The notes under the pieces: generated by a model | Told to the model about the DNA's origin: nothing | Database searches by the model: none | The model's input: only the letters and a program-made list of their open reading frames with translations | Part shown: piece after piece, positions 19,438-29,808 of the stretch | Layout: each line of letters opens with the position of its first letter | Numbering within the stretch: the stretch's first letter is position 1 | Assembly: GCA_963816145.1 (NCBI GenBank) | Contig: CAWFJP010000015.1 | Span: forward strand, 64,001 to 128,000 | Source of the DNA: an uncultured delta proteobacterium | Lineage (GTDB): Bacteria; Desulfobacterota; Binatia; UBA9968 | Reading direction: 5' to 3' | Length of the DNA: 64,000 bases | Program-made: the position numbers and the translations under genes

Positions 19438-20151
19438 CTAGACCCGCCAACCCTTCTGTGAAATATCGATGCCATTGCCTTCGGGATCGTGAACGCGATA
19501 CTCGGCGAATGGGATGCGCTCGGGCCGTTTTGCGCCGCGGCGCACGCCCGCTCTTTCCGCCCGGGTCTGCATTTCCTCGTTGCTCTGCACATAAAAACCG
19601 AAATGGTTAAGGCCGATGGGCTCTTCCTTACGTTGATAGAGCAATGCCAGGTTAAGGTAGCCGTCCGAGACGAAAATCGACGATCGGTCGGTTCGTTCGA
19701 CTTCCTTCATGTCGAGAACTTTGCAGTAAAAATCGACCATCTTCTGCGGGTCGGGCGTGTACAAGGCGATGTGACGAATCGGCACCGGCCGCGCGGCATA
19801 GGCGACATCGAAGGCACGGCGCGAAACTCCGACTGTGTTGCCGTCCGGATCCTTCAACTCATGGTCGATGCCGGCGAGCGAGTTCACCTCGCAAACGTCG
19901 CTGTCCGCGATGCCGACCTGGGCGAGCTTTTTGCCCATCGATTCGACTCGAACGGTGTCGAAGCCGAGATGACGAAAACCGCGTTTCTTCGGGTCCGGTT
20001 CCGGGACCACTCCTAAATTGAAGATACCGTCGGAAAGAAACAAGGCACCCTGATTCTCATCGATCTTTTCGAGATCGAAAACCTCTTGGTAAAACTTTGC
20101 CAACCTTTCAGGATTTTCGGCGGCGATCATCAACTGACGCAACTGTGGCAT
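19438..20151 (-). CDS. Two-domain VOC/glyoxalase family protein
   Basis: FYQEVF..., DPDGN, IRHIAL, GLNHFGF, DPEGNGIDIS; start set at MPQLRQL. Confidence 0.85.
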   Translation of the reverse strand: MPQLRQLMIAAENPERLAKFYQEVFDLEKIDENQGALFLSDGIFNLGVVPEPDPKKRGFRHLGFDTVRVESMGKKLAQVGIADSDVCEVNSLAGIDHELKDPDGNTVGVSRRAFDVAYAARPVPIRHIALYTPDPQKMVDFYCKVLDMKEVERTDRSSIFVSDGYLNLALLYQRKEEPIGLNHFGFYVQSNEEMQTRAERAGVRRGAKRPERIPFAEYRVHDPEGNGIDISQKGWRV

Positions 20152-20207
20152 AACGATTTCGATCCTTTCGTGAAGCGGCTTGTTTTCACTATGCCACGGC
20201 CGGTCGA

Positions 20208-22730
20208 TCAATGCAGCAGTTGGCGGCTCCCGGAGGCCGAATCCGACCGGCCACCGGGCATCGCCATCGGTTTTAACGGCAAGCGCAAACTAAAGACACT
20301 GCCGACACCCACCTCGCTGGAGAGATGCAGCTCCCCTCCCATCGCCTTAGCGAGTTTCTTACAAAGGCCGAGACCGACCCCGGTGCCGCCATATTGGCGG
20401 GTCGACGAACCATCGAGCTGGCGGAAGTCCTCGAAAATCAAGTCCTGATCCTCGCGGCGAATGCCGATGCCGGTATCGGCGATGGCGATTTCCAAAATAT
20501 CGCCGGTACAATCTTCGAGGCGACGGATGCGCAACTCGATTTTTCCCTTCTCGGTGAATTTCAACGCGTTGGTCACAAGCTCCAGTAATATCTGCTGTAA
20601 CTTTTGCCCATCACTCTCGATGGTCTCGATCACCGGTTCCATCTGGATGCCGAATTGGATCGGCCTTTGGCGGATCAAGCGCTGGGTCATCGTCTCCAGA
20701 CCGTCGAGAATTTCTTTCAATTTGACGATCTCGACCTGCGCCGAAGAACTATCGGTCTCCATGCGCGAATAGTTCATCAAATTGTCCATCAAGTGCGCCA
20801 GCTCCTGGCCGTTGTTCACCAGCCGGTCAAGAATCTCCCTGCCGCCGCCATTGACATCCGTATCGCGCAGCACTTCGCTGAAACCTATGATAGTGCTCAC
20901 CGGGGTGCGCAACTCATGGCAAATGTTGGCGACGAAATCCTTCTTGACGCGGTCCATTTCAATCAATTTACGGTTGGTGGCCTCGACCCGTTCACGCGCA
21001 TCCACCGACTCTTGATAGAGCCGGCCATTTTCCAAAGAGAGTGCCAACTGATCGGTCAAAGTGCGCAAGAGGCGGAAGTCTTCGGCGCCGTATTCGCCGC
21101 CGGACCATTTGCTGCCGAAACAAACGAACCCCCGTACCGCCCGTTCATAGACCAGCGGCATCAACAGTTCTGCTTGCCAGCGGTCAAAGATCTCCAGCAG
21201 CGCCACGCGCTTCTTGGCGTAACGCGGGTGGTTGGAAATCTCGCTGCGGCTCATGCCGCGCGCGACGGCCGCGGTCAAAACACCGGCCATGTAATCACTG
21301 TCCGTCGCCAGCTTCGCCTCATCTGGTGACGATTTTTGATCAAAGGCATAAACTATCTGAGCGGAATTCTTGGGTCGATAAACCAGCAACGCGCTGTCGA
21401 TTCGTAACGGCTTACACACACGTTCGACAAATCCTTGCGCCAGCGCCGGCGCCGCGTCCAAACTACGAAGAAACAGGCTGGTCTCTTCCTCCACCTGCGC
21501 TGGATCGTAATCCAGCCGATAGACAAAGCGGTCAACGGCGTGCTCGAGCCAACGCAGCAAGGGATTGAAAATCGCCACGACCAAAATCGAAAACAGAATT
21601 GGAATCAACGGCTCGTTGGCGTACTGACCGGCCCATGGGGCGAGCATTAAGGCAACCACGGCGTAGACGCCGATCAACATGCCCATCAGGGCGATTCGGC
21701 TGACCGTAACCCGCAAGGCATTACCGAGATCGAAAAGGCTGTATTTGAGCAACGCGTAGGCGATCGAGATGGGGAAAAAAATTGCCGGCACCAAAGCCAG
21801 ATTGTACGGAATGGACAGTCGAAATGAGCTCGTCAGCACGGTCATCAAACCTGGCACCAGGAATCCCAGGAGCGCACCGACAAACATCACCCGCAAACGC
21901 GAGCGTTCGAGATCCGAGGTACTTTGCCGCAGGGCTCTTCCAATGATCCAAAGAAAACTCAGCGCGCCGATGCATATATAAACATAGCCGGCACGAAAAT
22001 GTTCAATCCAGGTTTCCAGGGGACCGAAAAACGTTAGGCTGTTCATCGCTCCCATGGCCAAACCGATACCGTAAAGGATCGCCACGAAACGGGGTCGCAG
22101 CATCGGTTCCGCCTCGGAACGGCTCAACATCAAGGCCAAATGAATTGCCGCACTGGGAGTCAACGTTAGGGCGAAGATGCGCAATTCCTTGGGCAACACC
22201 GCTTCGGTCATGAAATCGAAGGTCGTCTGAAACCAGACGAACACGGTTAGCACCATAAAGCACAGCGGCAAGGCGACTGGAGTCGCCGCACGAAACAGGT
22301 ATGGTGCGACCCCCATGACCAAAAACGCCACACCAATTGCAACATAGACACCGAAACTGAGAAGCCAATCGCGCAGACCGAAAATCATCGTCGGCACTAC
22401 CAATTCCAGTCGTTGGCCGTCACGAACGATCTCGTAGCGCAGCGGCGTGCCCACCGGCACGCCGCGCACCGCCGCGTAAAGCTCAACGCGTCCACTAAGA
22501 GGCCGTCCGCCTATGGCGACGACATAGTCCAACGACTCCAGCCCCGCGACAGCACCGGACCAGCCCGGCAATGAGTAGGGCCCCACCGTCAAGTTTTCGT
22601 GGACGAAAAAACCCGGGAAAGGTCGGCCGATCCAGCGCCCTGAGGAGATAATCGATTCACCGATAAGCAGAGCACCGAACACGCCGCTAAGAAGAAGCAG
22701 TACCCATCTTTGCCAGCTCTGCCGATACAT
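20208..22730 (-). CDS. Membrane sensor histidine kinase (PDZ-like, multi-TM, GAF, HisKA, HATPase_c)
   Basis: AGL..LD.VVAIGG PDZ-like segment, ~8 TM helices, GAF (LMPL..RGFVCFG..EDFRLL), CHELRTP, LVTNALKFT, DTGIGI, GGTGVGL. Confidence 0.9.
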   Translation of the reverse strand: MYRQSWQRWVLLLLSGVFGALLIGESIISSGRWIGRPFPGFFVHENLTVGPYSLPGWSGAVAGLESLDYVVAIGGRPLSGRVELYAAVRGVPVGTPLRYEIVRDGQRLELVVPTMIFGLRDWLLSFGVYVAIGVAFLVMGVAPYLFRAATPVALPLCFMVLTVFVWFQTTFDFMTEAVLPKELRIFALTLTPSAAIHLALMLSRSEAEPMLRPRFVAILYGIGLAMGAMNSLTFFGPLETWIEHFRAGYVYICIGALSFLWIIGRALRQSTSDLERSRLRVMFVGALLGFLVPGLMTVLTSSFRLSIPYNLALVPAIFFPISIAYALLKYSLFDLGNALRVTVSRIALMGMLIGVYAVVALMLAPWAGQYANEPLIPILFSILVVAIFNPLLRWLEHAVDRFVYRLDYDPAQVEEETSLFLRSLDAAPALAQGFVERVCKPLRIDSALLVYRPKNSAQIVYAFDQKSSPDEAKLATDSDYMAGVLTAAVARGMSRSEISNHPRYAKKRVALLEIFDRWQAELLMPLVYERAVRGFVCFGSKWSGGEYGAEDFRLLRTLTDQLALSLENGRLYQESVDARERVEATNRKLIEMDRVKKDFVANICHELRTPVSTIIGFSEVLRDTDVNGGGREILDRLVNNGQELAHLMDNLMNYSRMETDSSSAQVEIVKLKEILDGLETMTQRLIRQRPIQFGIQMEPVIETIESDGQKLQQILLELVTNALKFTEKGKIELRIRRLEDCTGDILEIAIADTGIGIRREDQDLIFEDFRQLDGSSTRQYGGTGVGLGLCKKLAKAMGGELHLSSEVGVGSVFSLRLPLKPMAMPGGRSDSASGSRQLLH

Positions 22731-22871
22731 GGCACCCCCTAATGGTTGCAATCGTCAGGAGCCTTCGATTTATCAAACGGGTTCGATTACTGTCAAGGAA
22801 TTGCTCGAGGCCAGCAACCGCATAGCCCTCGATCAGCAATACGATCAGCGTCGAGAGCGACGAGCAGGCCT

Positions 22872-23396
22872 TCAAATCTTCGCGATAGTTTCGCTGGCGA
22901 GAACGATGCGAGTTTGGCGGCCAAGGATGTCAAGCAAGACCGCCACCCGCTCGCTACCTTTGAGCTTTTGCTCGAAGATGGCCTCTAAACCGGAAAACGG
23001 CCCTTCGTTAATGCGGACCGTGTCACCGGGTTTGGCTTTCACCGGGTCGACTTGCGCTACACCGCCGGGACAACGTTCGCGCAGACCCTCAATGATGTCT
23101 TCACCGACCTCAGCTATTTGACTGCCAAAGGTAAGAAAGTCCTTCACACCAGGCGAATAGCGCGCCGACTTTCCCGACGCCACCATATCAAGGCGGCTGA
23201 ACACATAACCAGGGAAAAGCGGCACCTTGACCCAGTGGTATTTGCTGCCAATCCGCCGTCGTGCCTGCATCCACGGCAAGAACACTTCAAGATGCAAATC
23301 GGTCAAGCGTTTCTCGACATCTCGTTCGCGATTGGCTTTAGTTTGAATGGCGTACCATTTAAGACCCGCCTCGATTTGTAAGGCTTGTTGTATCAT
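22872..23396 (-). CDS. RfaH/NusG-paralog transcription antiterminator
   Basis: WYAIQTKANRE, PLFPGYVF, SPGVKDFLTFG, KOW PGDTVRINEGPFSGLEAIF, RVAVLLDILG. Confidence 0.9.
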   Translation of the reverse strand: MIQQALQIEAGLKWYAIQTKANRERDVEKRLTDLHLEVFLPWMQARRRIGSKYHWVKVPLFPGYVFSRLDMVASGKSARYSPGVKDFLTFGSQIAEVGEDIIEGLRERCPGGVAQVDPVKAKPGDTVRINEGPFSGLEAIFEQKLKGSERVAVLLDILGRQTRIVLASETIAKI

Positions 23397-23794
23397 CCAG
23401 GTATGCGACACTCCGCAACAACAGAAAATGATTCGTTCTGCTTATAATGGATCAACTGTATCAGACGACAGCAACATTGATAATCCTCAATTGGATTAGC
23501 GTTCGATAAACCTTTGCGTCGCGATTTCCGAAAACCGCTGTCAACAGCTGTCTAGCGCGCCTGGACATTAATCCTACCACACCGAAACCATCAGAAACCC
23601 AGCCTACCAGTTCAAAATAAACTAAATTAATTAATGATATAATAGTCTCAAATTATTAATATTGATCATATTTTTAATATCAACCTTGACCAACGAAGAG
23701 ATTTCCTATATAAATGGATCAGTTAGTTACTGTGGTACCGGCTGCCGAGGGCTTTCCAACCTCAACGGTCCAGCCCAAACCAAGAAAGCGGTTA

Positions 23795-24817
23795 ATGGCT
23801 ATTTATACAACATTGACGAAAAAAGAGATTCTGAACGTCGCTGACGAATTTCTCCTCGGCGATTTGGTCTCATTCACGGGGGTCAAAAACGGGTCGGTAA
23901 ATACGCACTACTTCATCGAGACCAAGAAAGGGAAATTCTTCGCAAAAATAGACGAAGTGAAGGGCGAACTTGAGGTAAAGCAGGAACTCGACCTCCTCTT
24001 GCACCTGCGAAAACAGAACTATCCTTGCAATCAACCACAAAAAACGAAAACGGGCAGATTCACAATCGACCTGCAGGGAAAGTGTCTTACCGTAACACGC
24101 TACATCGACGGCGTTGAACTGCCGGTGAACTCGATAACCCCCGCGCATTTGAGCGCTATCGGTCACGCTCTGGCAAACCTGCACCTCCTTGGCAGGAGTT
24201 ACAAAAAGGGTATCGATAATCGCTTCGGTTTTAATCGTATCGTGGGAATTTATCGCGATGTTCGCCGGCAATTACCGACACATTTAAAGAATATTATTCG
24301 GGTTCTCGACGATGAGTTTGGCTATCTGGAGAACTACCTGGACAACAATTTGCCTAAGGGAATCATTCACGGCGATCTCTTTGCAGACAATGTTAAGTTC
24401 AAAGGGAACCGCCTTACCGGAGTGATGGACTTCGAGGCGGCTTGCCGGGGCAAGTTGATTTACGACTTAGCCACAGCGGTTAACGCATTGTGCTTCATCG
24501 ACGACCGCTACCAAATCGATCGCTTCGAATCATTGATCGCTGGTTACGAAAGCCTGCGCCCGTTGTCGCTGCCTGAATGGGACTCCTTCCCCAACGAACT
24601 TAGGTTTTCGGCTTTGCGCTTTACCGTAACCCGGATCAAGGACTTTTTTCTCAAAAAAATGGACGAAAACCAGCGAGTCTATAAAGATTACAAAGAGTTC
24701 TATGACCGGCTGTTGATCTTGCGACGGGAAAAGAGTGGCGGCATGGAAGATATCTTACTGGCGATGGCGACTGGGTACGACTATCGAAAGTATCAAAAAT
24801 CGAAACCAGCCAAATAA
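23795..24817 (+). CDS. thrB: Homoserine kinase type II (APH superfamily)
   Basis: MAIYT start, GSVNTHY, LANLHL, LPKGIIHGDLFADNV, DFEAAC, YDLA, ALRF. Confidence 0.85.
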   Translation: MAIYTTLTKKEILNVADEFLLGDLVSFTGVKNGSVNTHYFIETKKGKFFAKIDEVKGELEVKQELDLLLHLRKQNYPCNQPQKTKTGRFTIDLQGKCLTVTRYIDGVELPVNSITPAHLSAIGHALANLHLLGRSYKKGIDNRFGFNRIVGIYRDVRRQLPTHLKNIIRVLDDEFGYLENYLDNNLPKGIIHGDLFADNVKFKGNRLTGVMDFEAACRGKLIYDLATAVNALCFIDDRYQIDRFESLIAGYESLRPLSLPEWDSFPNELRFSALRFTVTRIKDFFLKKMDENQRVYKDYKEFYDRLLILRREKSGGMEDILLAMATGYDYRKYQKSKPAK

Positions 24818-24849
24818 TCCATGGAAACGATTTGCGGTGCGTTTCAGCC

Positions 24850-25230
24850 CTAAATCTCCAGATTTCGAATCTTTGATTGCGCGTCGCGGCGAATCATACG
24901 AACCAACATCACGACGGTGATCACGGATCCAATCAAAAACAACAGCCGACCACCAGTCAGGACAACGTAGAAAAAATTCAGTTTGACCCGCGCCGCATTG
25001 TATTTTTCTCGATTCTCAGTCAAGCGGCGCAGCACTTCTTCATTGCGCTGCTGATCGAGCTGCTGGAAATTACGATACGAGTCCTCCAACCCGGTATGAG
25101 CGGTTTTGAGCAACAAGTTTTGATATTTAACCGTTTCGATTGCGCCAATAACCCAATTGCCAACCCCAAAAACTAGACAAACCAGCCCGGCGATCATGAC
25201 ATAACTGGAGTAAATTTCGCGCACTTTCAT
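24850..25230 (-). CDS. Hypothetical membrane protein (2 TM)
   Basis: 126-aa ORF with N- and C-terminal hydrophobic helices. Confidence 0.65.
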   Translation of the reverse strand: MKVREIYSSYVMIAGLVCLVFGVGNWVIGAIETVKYQNLLLKTAHTGLEDSYRNFQQLDQQRNEEVLRRLTENREKYNAARVKLNFFYVVLTGGRLLFLIGSVITVVMLVRMIRRDAQSKIRNLEI

Positions 25231-25330
25231 GCAAATTCCGGTTTCTCAATCATGGCTAGTCCGATTCAATTCGGTTGGCTCATCCCTCACTCATTTGCAC
25301 TGTCGGCACTAGTAGCTTAAATTCTAGCCG

Positions 25331-26035
25331 ATGACCAGCTTTGTAATTGGCGACATCCATGGTTGTGCTGACGAGCTGCGTTACTTGATTGACGGCTTAC
25401 CAGTTCGGCCTGACGATGAAATCATCTTTCTCGGCGACTATATCGATCGCGGCCCCGATTCCTGCGGCGTGGTTTCATTCTTAATCAAGCTAAAAAATCA
25501 ATTGACAGAGAATAGACTGGTATTCCTAAAAGGCAACCATGAGGACATGCTGCTCTCGTATCTGAAATTGAGCGGCCAACATGGCAAAATGTTTTTGCTC
25601 AACGGCGGGAATGCTACGGTCGAAAGCTATGGAGTCTCAGCCGAGATTTCTTCATCGGATCGCTTGAGCGCTGCGATCCCGCCCGATCATCTGGCCTTTT
25701 ACCAGGCACTGGTAAATTGGTACGTGACGGAGCCATACTTTTGCGTTCACGCCGGCGTCAACCCGCTCAAGACTTTGCCGGAGCAGACCGACGAAGAGTT
25801 ATTGTGGATTCGTCATCCGTTCCTGTCCAGCTCCCACGTTCTTCCGTATACGATTTTATTTGGTCATACGCCTCAACACTCGGTACTCTACGATTTACCG
25901 TACAAAATCGGTCTCGATACCGGGTTGGTCTACGGCAATATGTTGACTTGCTTCGACACAGATGAGAAAGTTCTTTATCAAATAGGTCGGGGCAAAAAGC
26001 GCGTGAACAGAGCTCCCATTCAGCAAAAATGGTAA
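25331..26035 (+). CDS. Ser/Thr protein phosphatase, PPP-type metallophosphoesterase
   Basis: GDIHG, GDYIDRG, GNHE, VHAG, GHTP, DTG. Confidence 0.92.
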   Translation: MTSFVIGDIHGCADELRYLIDGLPVRPDDEIIFLGDYIDRGPDSCGVVSFLIKLKNQLTENRLVFLKGNHEDMLLSYLKLSGQHGKMFLLNGGNATVESYGVSAEISSSDRLSAAIPPDHLAFYQALVNWYVTEPYFCVHAGVNPLKTLPEQTDEELLWIRHPFLSSSHVLPYTILFGHTPQHSVLYDLPYKIGLDTGLVYGNMLTCFDTDEKVLYQIGRGKKRVNRAPIQQKW

Positions 26036-26101
26036 TCATCTCCAGCGCCTTTCAGATGGCTTGATCTTTTTCCCGTCCCATCATAGTTTATGCCACTGTT
26101 T

Positions 26102-26178
26102 GGCGGTGTAGCTCAGATGGTCAGAGCACGCGGCTCATATCCGCGGCGTCGACAGTTCGACTCTGTCCACCGCCACCA
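26102..26178 (+). tRNA. tRNA-Met (CAT), elongator type
   Basis: Cloverleaf GGCGGTG/CACCGCC acceptor with G1-C72, GCTC/GAGC D arm, CGCGG-CTCATAT-CCGCG, GACAG-TTCGACT-CTGTC, encoded CCA. Confidence 0.93.
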
Positions 26179-26184
26179 AGTTTC

Positions 26185-26252
26185 CCCCCGAGAATCCCAG
26201 CATTTACAGAGTTCATTACAACTTGAGGGATTCTCGGGGGATGGCTTTTTTT
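26185..26252. terminator. Inverted repeat between convergent tRNA and lipoate ligase gene
   Basis: CCCCCGAGAATCCC ... GGGATTCTCGGGGG with long loop, T-run shortly after. Confidence 0.5.
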
Positions 26253-26270
26253 CGGGTCTTGATGCAATCG

Positions 26271-26990
26271 TTAGAACTTTTCGTTCCATCCCGCGCACTG
26301 ATAGCGTTCGCCCATTAGGCGGTTAATCAGGTCAACCGGGATCGCCTTGAAATCATCTTCCGCGGACCATTGTAAACGCAATGAATCACGCAACTTTGCC
26401 GGGTCGACTTCCGCATTGATCAAAAACTCGCAATGACTCCTCCGGCGGCGATATTCCGGCTGCGTCGCTGGCAACCTTAAATATCTCTCGATCAACCGAA
26501 GATCGAAATGCAACAGGAACGTGCCGTGAACCAACACATACACGCGTTTCCGGTATTGCGCGTTGCCGGAAAACTTGCGCTCACCAAGAGTCAGATCGCT
26601 TAACCCTTGCACCGACACAGGTTGAGAGGTCAGGGCTTCCAGCGCTCGACGATGACGGGCGAGTACGAAATCGAAAGCGGCCTGGACATGAGGGCCGAAA
26701 TGATTATTCTGCCTGAGAATAAGCGTGTAATTGAGACAACCCGGCCCCTGTAACACCGTGCCGCCGCCGCTCGATCGCCGTAACACGGCTATCCCATCGG
26801 CAGCGCAAGCTGCAGCATTGACTTCATCGCGCCATTTTTTTCCGTGACCCAGAACGACAAAGTATTGCTCCGGATGCCAGAGCCGCAGCAGCTCTCCGCC
26901 GCCGTGGCTCTGTTCGAAAATTTCCAGCAAGGCCTCGTCGCAAGCAAGATTTTGCGCCGCATCGGGAAAGGTAAGCTCAAGATAATTCAT
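26271..26990 (-). CDS. Lipoate-protein ligase A family (LplA/LipM-like catalytic domain)
   Basis: NLACDEALL, RRSSGGGTV, LNYT, RKFSGNAQ, VHGT; divergent from the PDH operon. Confidence 0.9.
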   Translation of the reverse strand: MNYLELTFPDAAQNLACDEALLEIFEQSHGGGELLRLWHPEQYFVVLGHGKKWRDEVNAAACAADGIAVLRRSSGGGTVLQGPGCLNYTLILRQNNHFGPHVQAAFDFVLARHRRALEALTSQPVSVQGLSDLTLGERKFSGNAQYRKRVYVLVHGTFLLHFDLRLIERYLRLPATQPEYRRRRSHCEFLINAEVDPAKLRDSLRLQWSAEDDFKAIPVDLINRLMGERYQCAGWNEKF

Positions 26991-27051
26991 CGGCTTTAGT
27001 TGATTTTACCACGGTTTTGTTGTCTCTTAAAAATACCGGGAGTGAGTGCGA

Positions 27052-29772
27052 ATGGAGTTCGAAAACAAACCCACTGCCAATGGCAGCATCGTCAACGGCG
27101 AACCTGACAACGGCAAAATCGCCAAGTCGGACCGCCATAGATGGGTGGCGTCGCTGGAATATATTCTCGAATCTATCTTAAAGAACGAAGAACCGGAACA
27201 GGCTTCGCTGCTGGTCAAGGAGCTGTCAGACCGTTTGCGCCAGTCCGGCCTCAAGATTCCCTACCCCGTCAGCACGCCCTATATCAATACGATTTCTCCG
27301 GAAAATGAGCCGCCCTATCCGGGCAATCGCGAGATCGAGCGACGGATCAAGAGCTACGTGCGTTGGAATGCCATGGCTATGGTGGTCAAAGCCAACCGGC
27401 TTCATCCCGATATAGGCGGCCACATTTCGACCTACGCCTCTTCAGCGACGTTGTATGAAGTCGGTCAGAATCATTTCTTTCGCGGCAGCGACGGCAGCAA
27501 CTTGGGTGACATGGTTTACTTTCAAGGCCATGCATCGCCCGGCGTCTATTCGCGTGCCTATATCGAGTGGCGCATCAACGCCCCCAAATTGCATCATTTT
27601 CGCCAAGAGCTCTCGACTGTCGGCGGAATCTCCTCGTATCCGCACCCCTATCTTATGCCGGACTTCTGGCAGTTTCCCTCGGTGTCCATGGGGCTCGCGC
27701 CGATCATGTCGATTTACCAAGCAAGATTCGTCCGTTACCTGAAAAGCCGCGGCCTGATTAGCGGCGAAGAGCCGCGCATATTTTGTTTCGCCGGCGACGG
27801 CGAAATGGATGAGCCGGAATCTTCCGGCGCCCTAACTCTGGCATCGCGGGAAAACCTCGACAACTTGGTTTGGATCGTCAACTGCAACCTCCAACGGCTG
27901 GACGGCCCGGTGCGCGGCAACGGCAAAATTATCCAGGAACTCGAAGCATTGTTTCGCGGCGCCGGATGGAACGTCATCAAAGTAATCTGGGGCTCCGACT
28001 GGGACCCGCTGCTCGCCAAAGACAACAAAGGTCTGTTGCTCAAACGGATGGAAGAAGCCGTCGACGGCGATTACCAAAAATATTCGGTGGAGCCCGGCAG
28101 CTACACAAGAAAACATTTTTTTGGCAAATATCCTGAGCTGCTCGAAATGGTCAATCACATGACCGACGATCAGATTCATAAACTGCTGCGGGGCGGCCAT
28201 GATCCGATGAAAGTGTACACCGCCTACAAAGCTGCGGTGGAGCACAAAGGCGCGCCGACCGTCATCCTGGCAAAGACAGTCAAGGGCTACGGACTCGGCG
28301 AAGCCGGCGAAGGCCGCAACATCACGCATCAGCAAAAAAAATTGAACGAACGGGAGCTGCGCGAGTTTCGCACCCGTTTCGATATCCCGCTGCCGGACGA
28401 AGAAGTTGTCGAAACCCCCTTCTACCGTCCTCCGTTGGATAGCCCAGAGACCCAATACTTATTAGCGCGGCGAAAAGCTTTGAAAGGATTCCTGCCTGAG
28501 CGCAAGGTCCGCGCCAAGCCATTGGACGTTCCAACCGACTCCGAGTACGCGGAGTTTTACAAAGGTTCCGGCGGCCACTCGATGTCGACCACCATGGCGG
28601 CAGTCCGCTTGCTAACCAAACTGCTACGCCATGAAGGCGTCGGCAAGCGCATCGTGCCGATCATTCCCGACGAAGCGCGCACCTTCGGCATGGATTCGCT
28701 GTTTCGCCAGATCGGTATTTATTCGTCCAAAGGCCAGCTCTACGAACCGGTCGATAGCGAAACTTTGCTTTTTTACAACGAAGTGAAAGACGGCCAGATT
28801 CTCGAAGAAGGCATTACCGAGGCCGGCTCCATGTCGTCATTCATCGCCGCCGGCACAGCCTACGCCAATCTTGGCATCAACATGATTCCCTTTTACTTCT
28901 ATTATTCGATGTTCGGCTTTCAACGCATCGGCGATCTCATCTGGGCCGCCGCCGACAGCAAGAGCAAAGGCTTCCTGCTCGGCGCTACCGCCGGCCGGAC
29001 CACCTTGAACGGCGAAGGGCTACAGCACCAAGACGGCCATAGCCATCTGCTCGCCAGCACGATCCCGACGCTGCTTACCTACGACGCCGCCTTCGCCTAT
29101 GAGATCGCCGTGATTATCAAGGACGGGATGCGCCGGCTCTACGCAGAGGGTGAAGAAAGCTTCTACTACCTGACACTGTACAACGAGAGCTACGAAATGC
29201 CGGCGATGCCGGACGGCGTCGAGGAAGGCATACTCAAGGGCTTGTACAAAGTGAAACCTGCCAGCAAGGGCAAAAAGTACAAAGCGCATCTATTCGGCAG
29301 CGGGCCGATTCTGCGCGAGGCGTTGCGCGCGCAAGAATTGTTGGCCGAGCAATTCGATGTCAGTGCCGATGTTTGGAGTGCGACGAGCTACAAGTTATTG
29401 CGCGGCGATGCCCTGCGCACGAAACGCTGGAACATGCTCCATCCGACGGCAGCACCGAAAAAATCTTATCTCGAATCGGTGTTGCAGAATGAGGAAGGGG
29501 TGTTTATCGCGGTTTCCGATTACATGAAGATGGTGCCGGATCAAATCGCGCCGTGGATTCCCGGCGGACTGATGACCTTAGGCACCGATGGTTTCGGTCG
29601 CAGCGATACCCGCGCCAATCTTAGACGATTTTTCGAAGTTGATGCCGAGCTAACCACCGTCGCGACGCTTTATGCGCTGCACCAAAAAGAGGCCTTTCCA
29701 GCGAAGGTCGTCGAAGCCGCGATCCGTAAGCTCGATATCGATCCGGAAAAACCATTCCCGTTTTACCGATAA
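27052..29772 (+). CDS. aceE: Pyruvate dehydrogenase E1, homodimeric type
   Basis: RWNAMAMV, GGHISTYAS, FQGHASPG, GDGEMDEPES, NCNLQRLDGPV, PDEARTFG, GEGLQHQDG, LGTDGFGRSD. Confidence 0.97.
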   Translation: MEFENKPTANGSIVNGEPDNGKIAKSDRHRWVASLEYILESILKNEEPEQASLLVKELSDRLRQSGLKIPYPVSTPYINTISPENEPPYPGNREIERRIKSYVRWNAMAMVVKANRLHPDIGGHISTYASSATLYEVGQNHFFRGSDGSNLGDMVYFQGHASPGVYSRAYIEWRINAPKLHHFRQELSTVGGISSYPHPYLMPDFWQFPSVSMGLAPIMSIYQARFVRYLKSRGLISGEEPRIFCFAGDGEMDEPESSGALTLASRENLDNLVWIVNCNLQRLDGPVRGNGKIIQELEALFRGAGWNVIKVIWGSDWDPLLAKDNKGLLLKRMEEAVDGDYQKYSVEPGSYTRKHFFGKYPELLEMVNHMTDDQIHKLLRGGHDPMKVYTAYKAAVEHKGAPTVILAKTVKGYGLGEAGEGRNITHQQKKLNERELREFRTRFDIPLPDEEVVETPFYRPPLDSPETQYLLARRKALKGFLPERKVRAKPLDVPTDSEYAEFYKGSGGHSMSTTMAAVRLLTKLLRHEGVGKRIVPIIPDEARTFGMDSLFRQIGIYSSKGQLYEPVDSETLLFYNEVKDGQILEEGITEAGSMSSFIAAGTAYANLGINMIPFYFYYSMFGFQRIGDLIWAAADSKSKGFLLGATAGRTTLNGEGLQHQDGHSHLLASTIPTLLTYDAAFAYEIAVIIKDGMRRLYAEGEESFYYLTLYNESYEMPAMPDGVEEGILKGLYKVKPASKGKKYKAHLFGSGPILREALRAQELLAEQFDVSADVWSATSYKLLRGDALRTKRWNMLHPTAAPKKSYLESVLQNEEGVFIAVSDYMKMVPDQIAPWIPGGLMTLGTDGFGRSDTRANLRRFFEVDAELTTVATLYALHQKEAFPAKVVEAAIRKLDIDPEKPFPFYR

Positions 29773-29808
29773 ACCATCTTTGAGTCTAACAGCAGCGGCA
29801 TCGACTCC

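Noticed and set aside
23400-24850. Lower-GC segment as a horizontally acquired island
   Set aside because: It comprises a divergent promoter region and a core gene (thrB); no mobility genes or boundary repeats seen.
26102-26270. tRNA-Met as an integration site for an island
   Set aside because: No integrase, no duplicated tRNA 3' end seen, and housekeeping genes on both sides.
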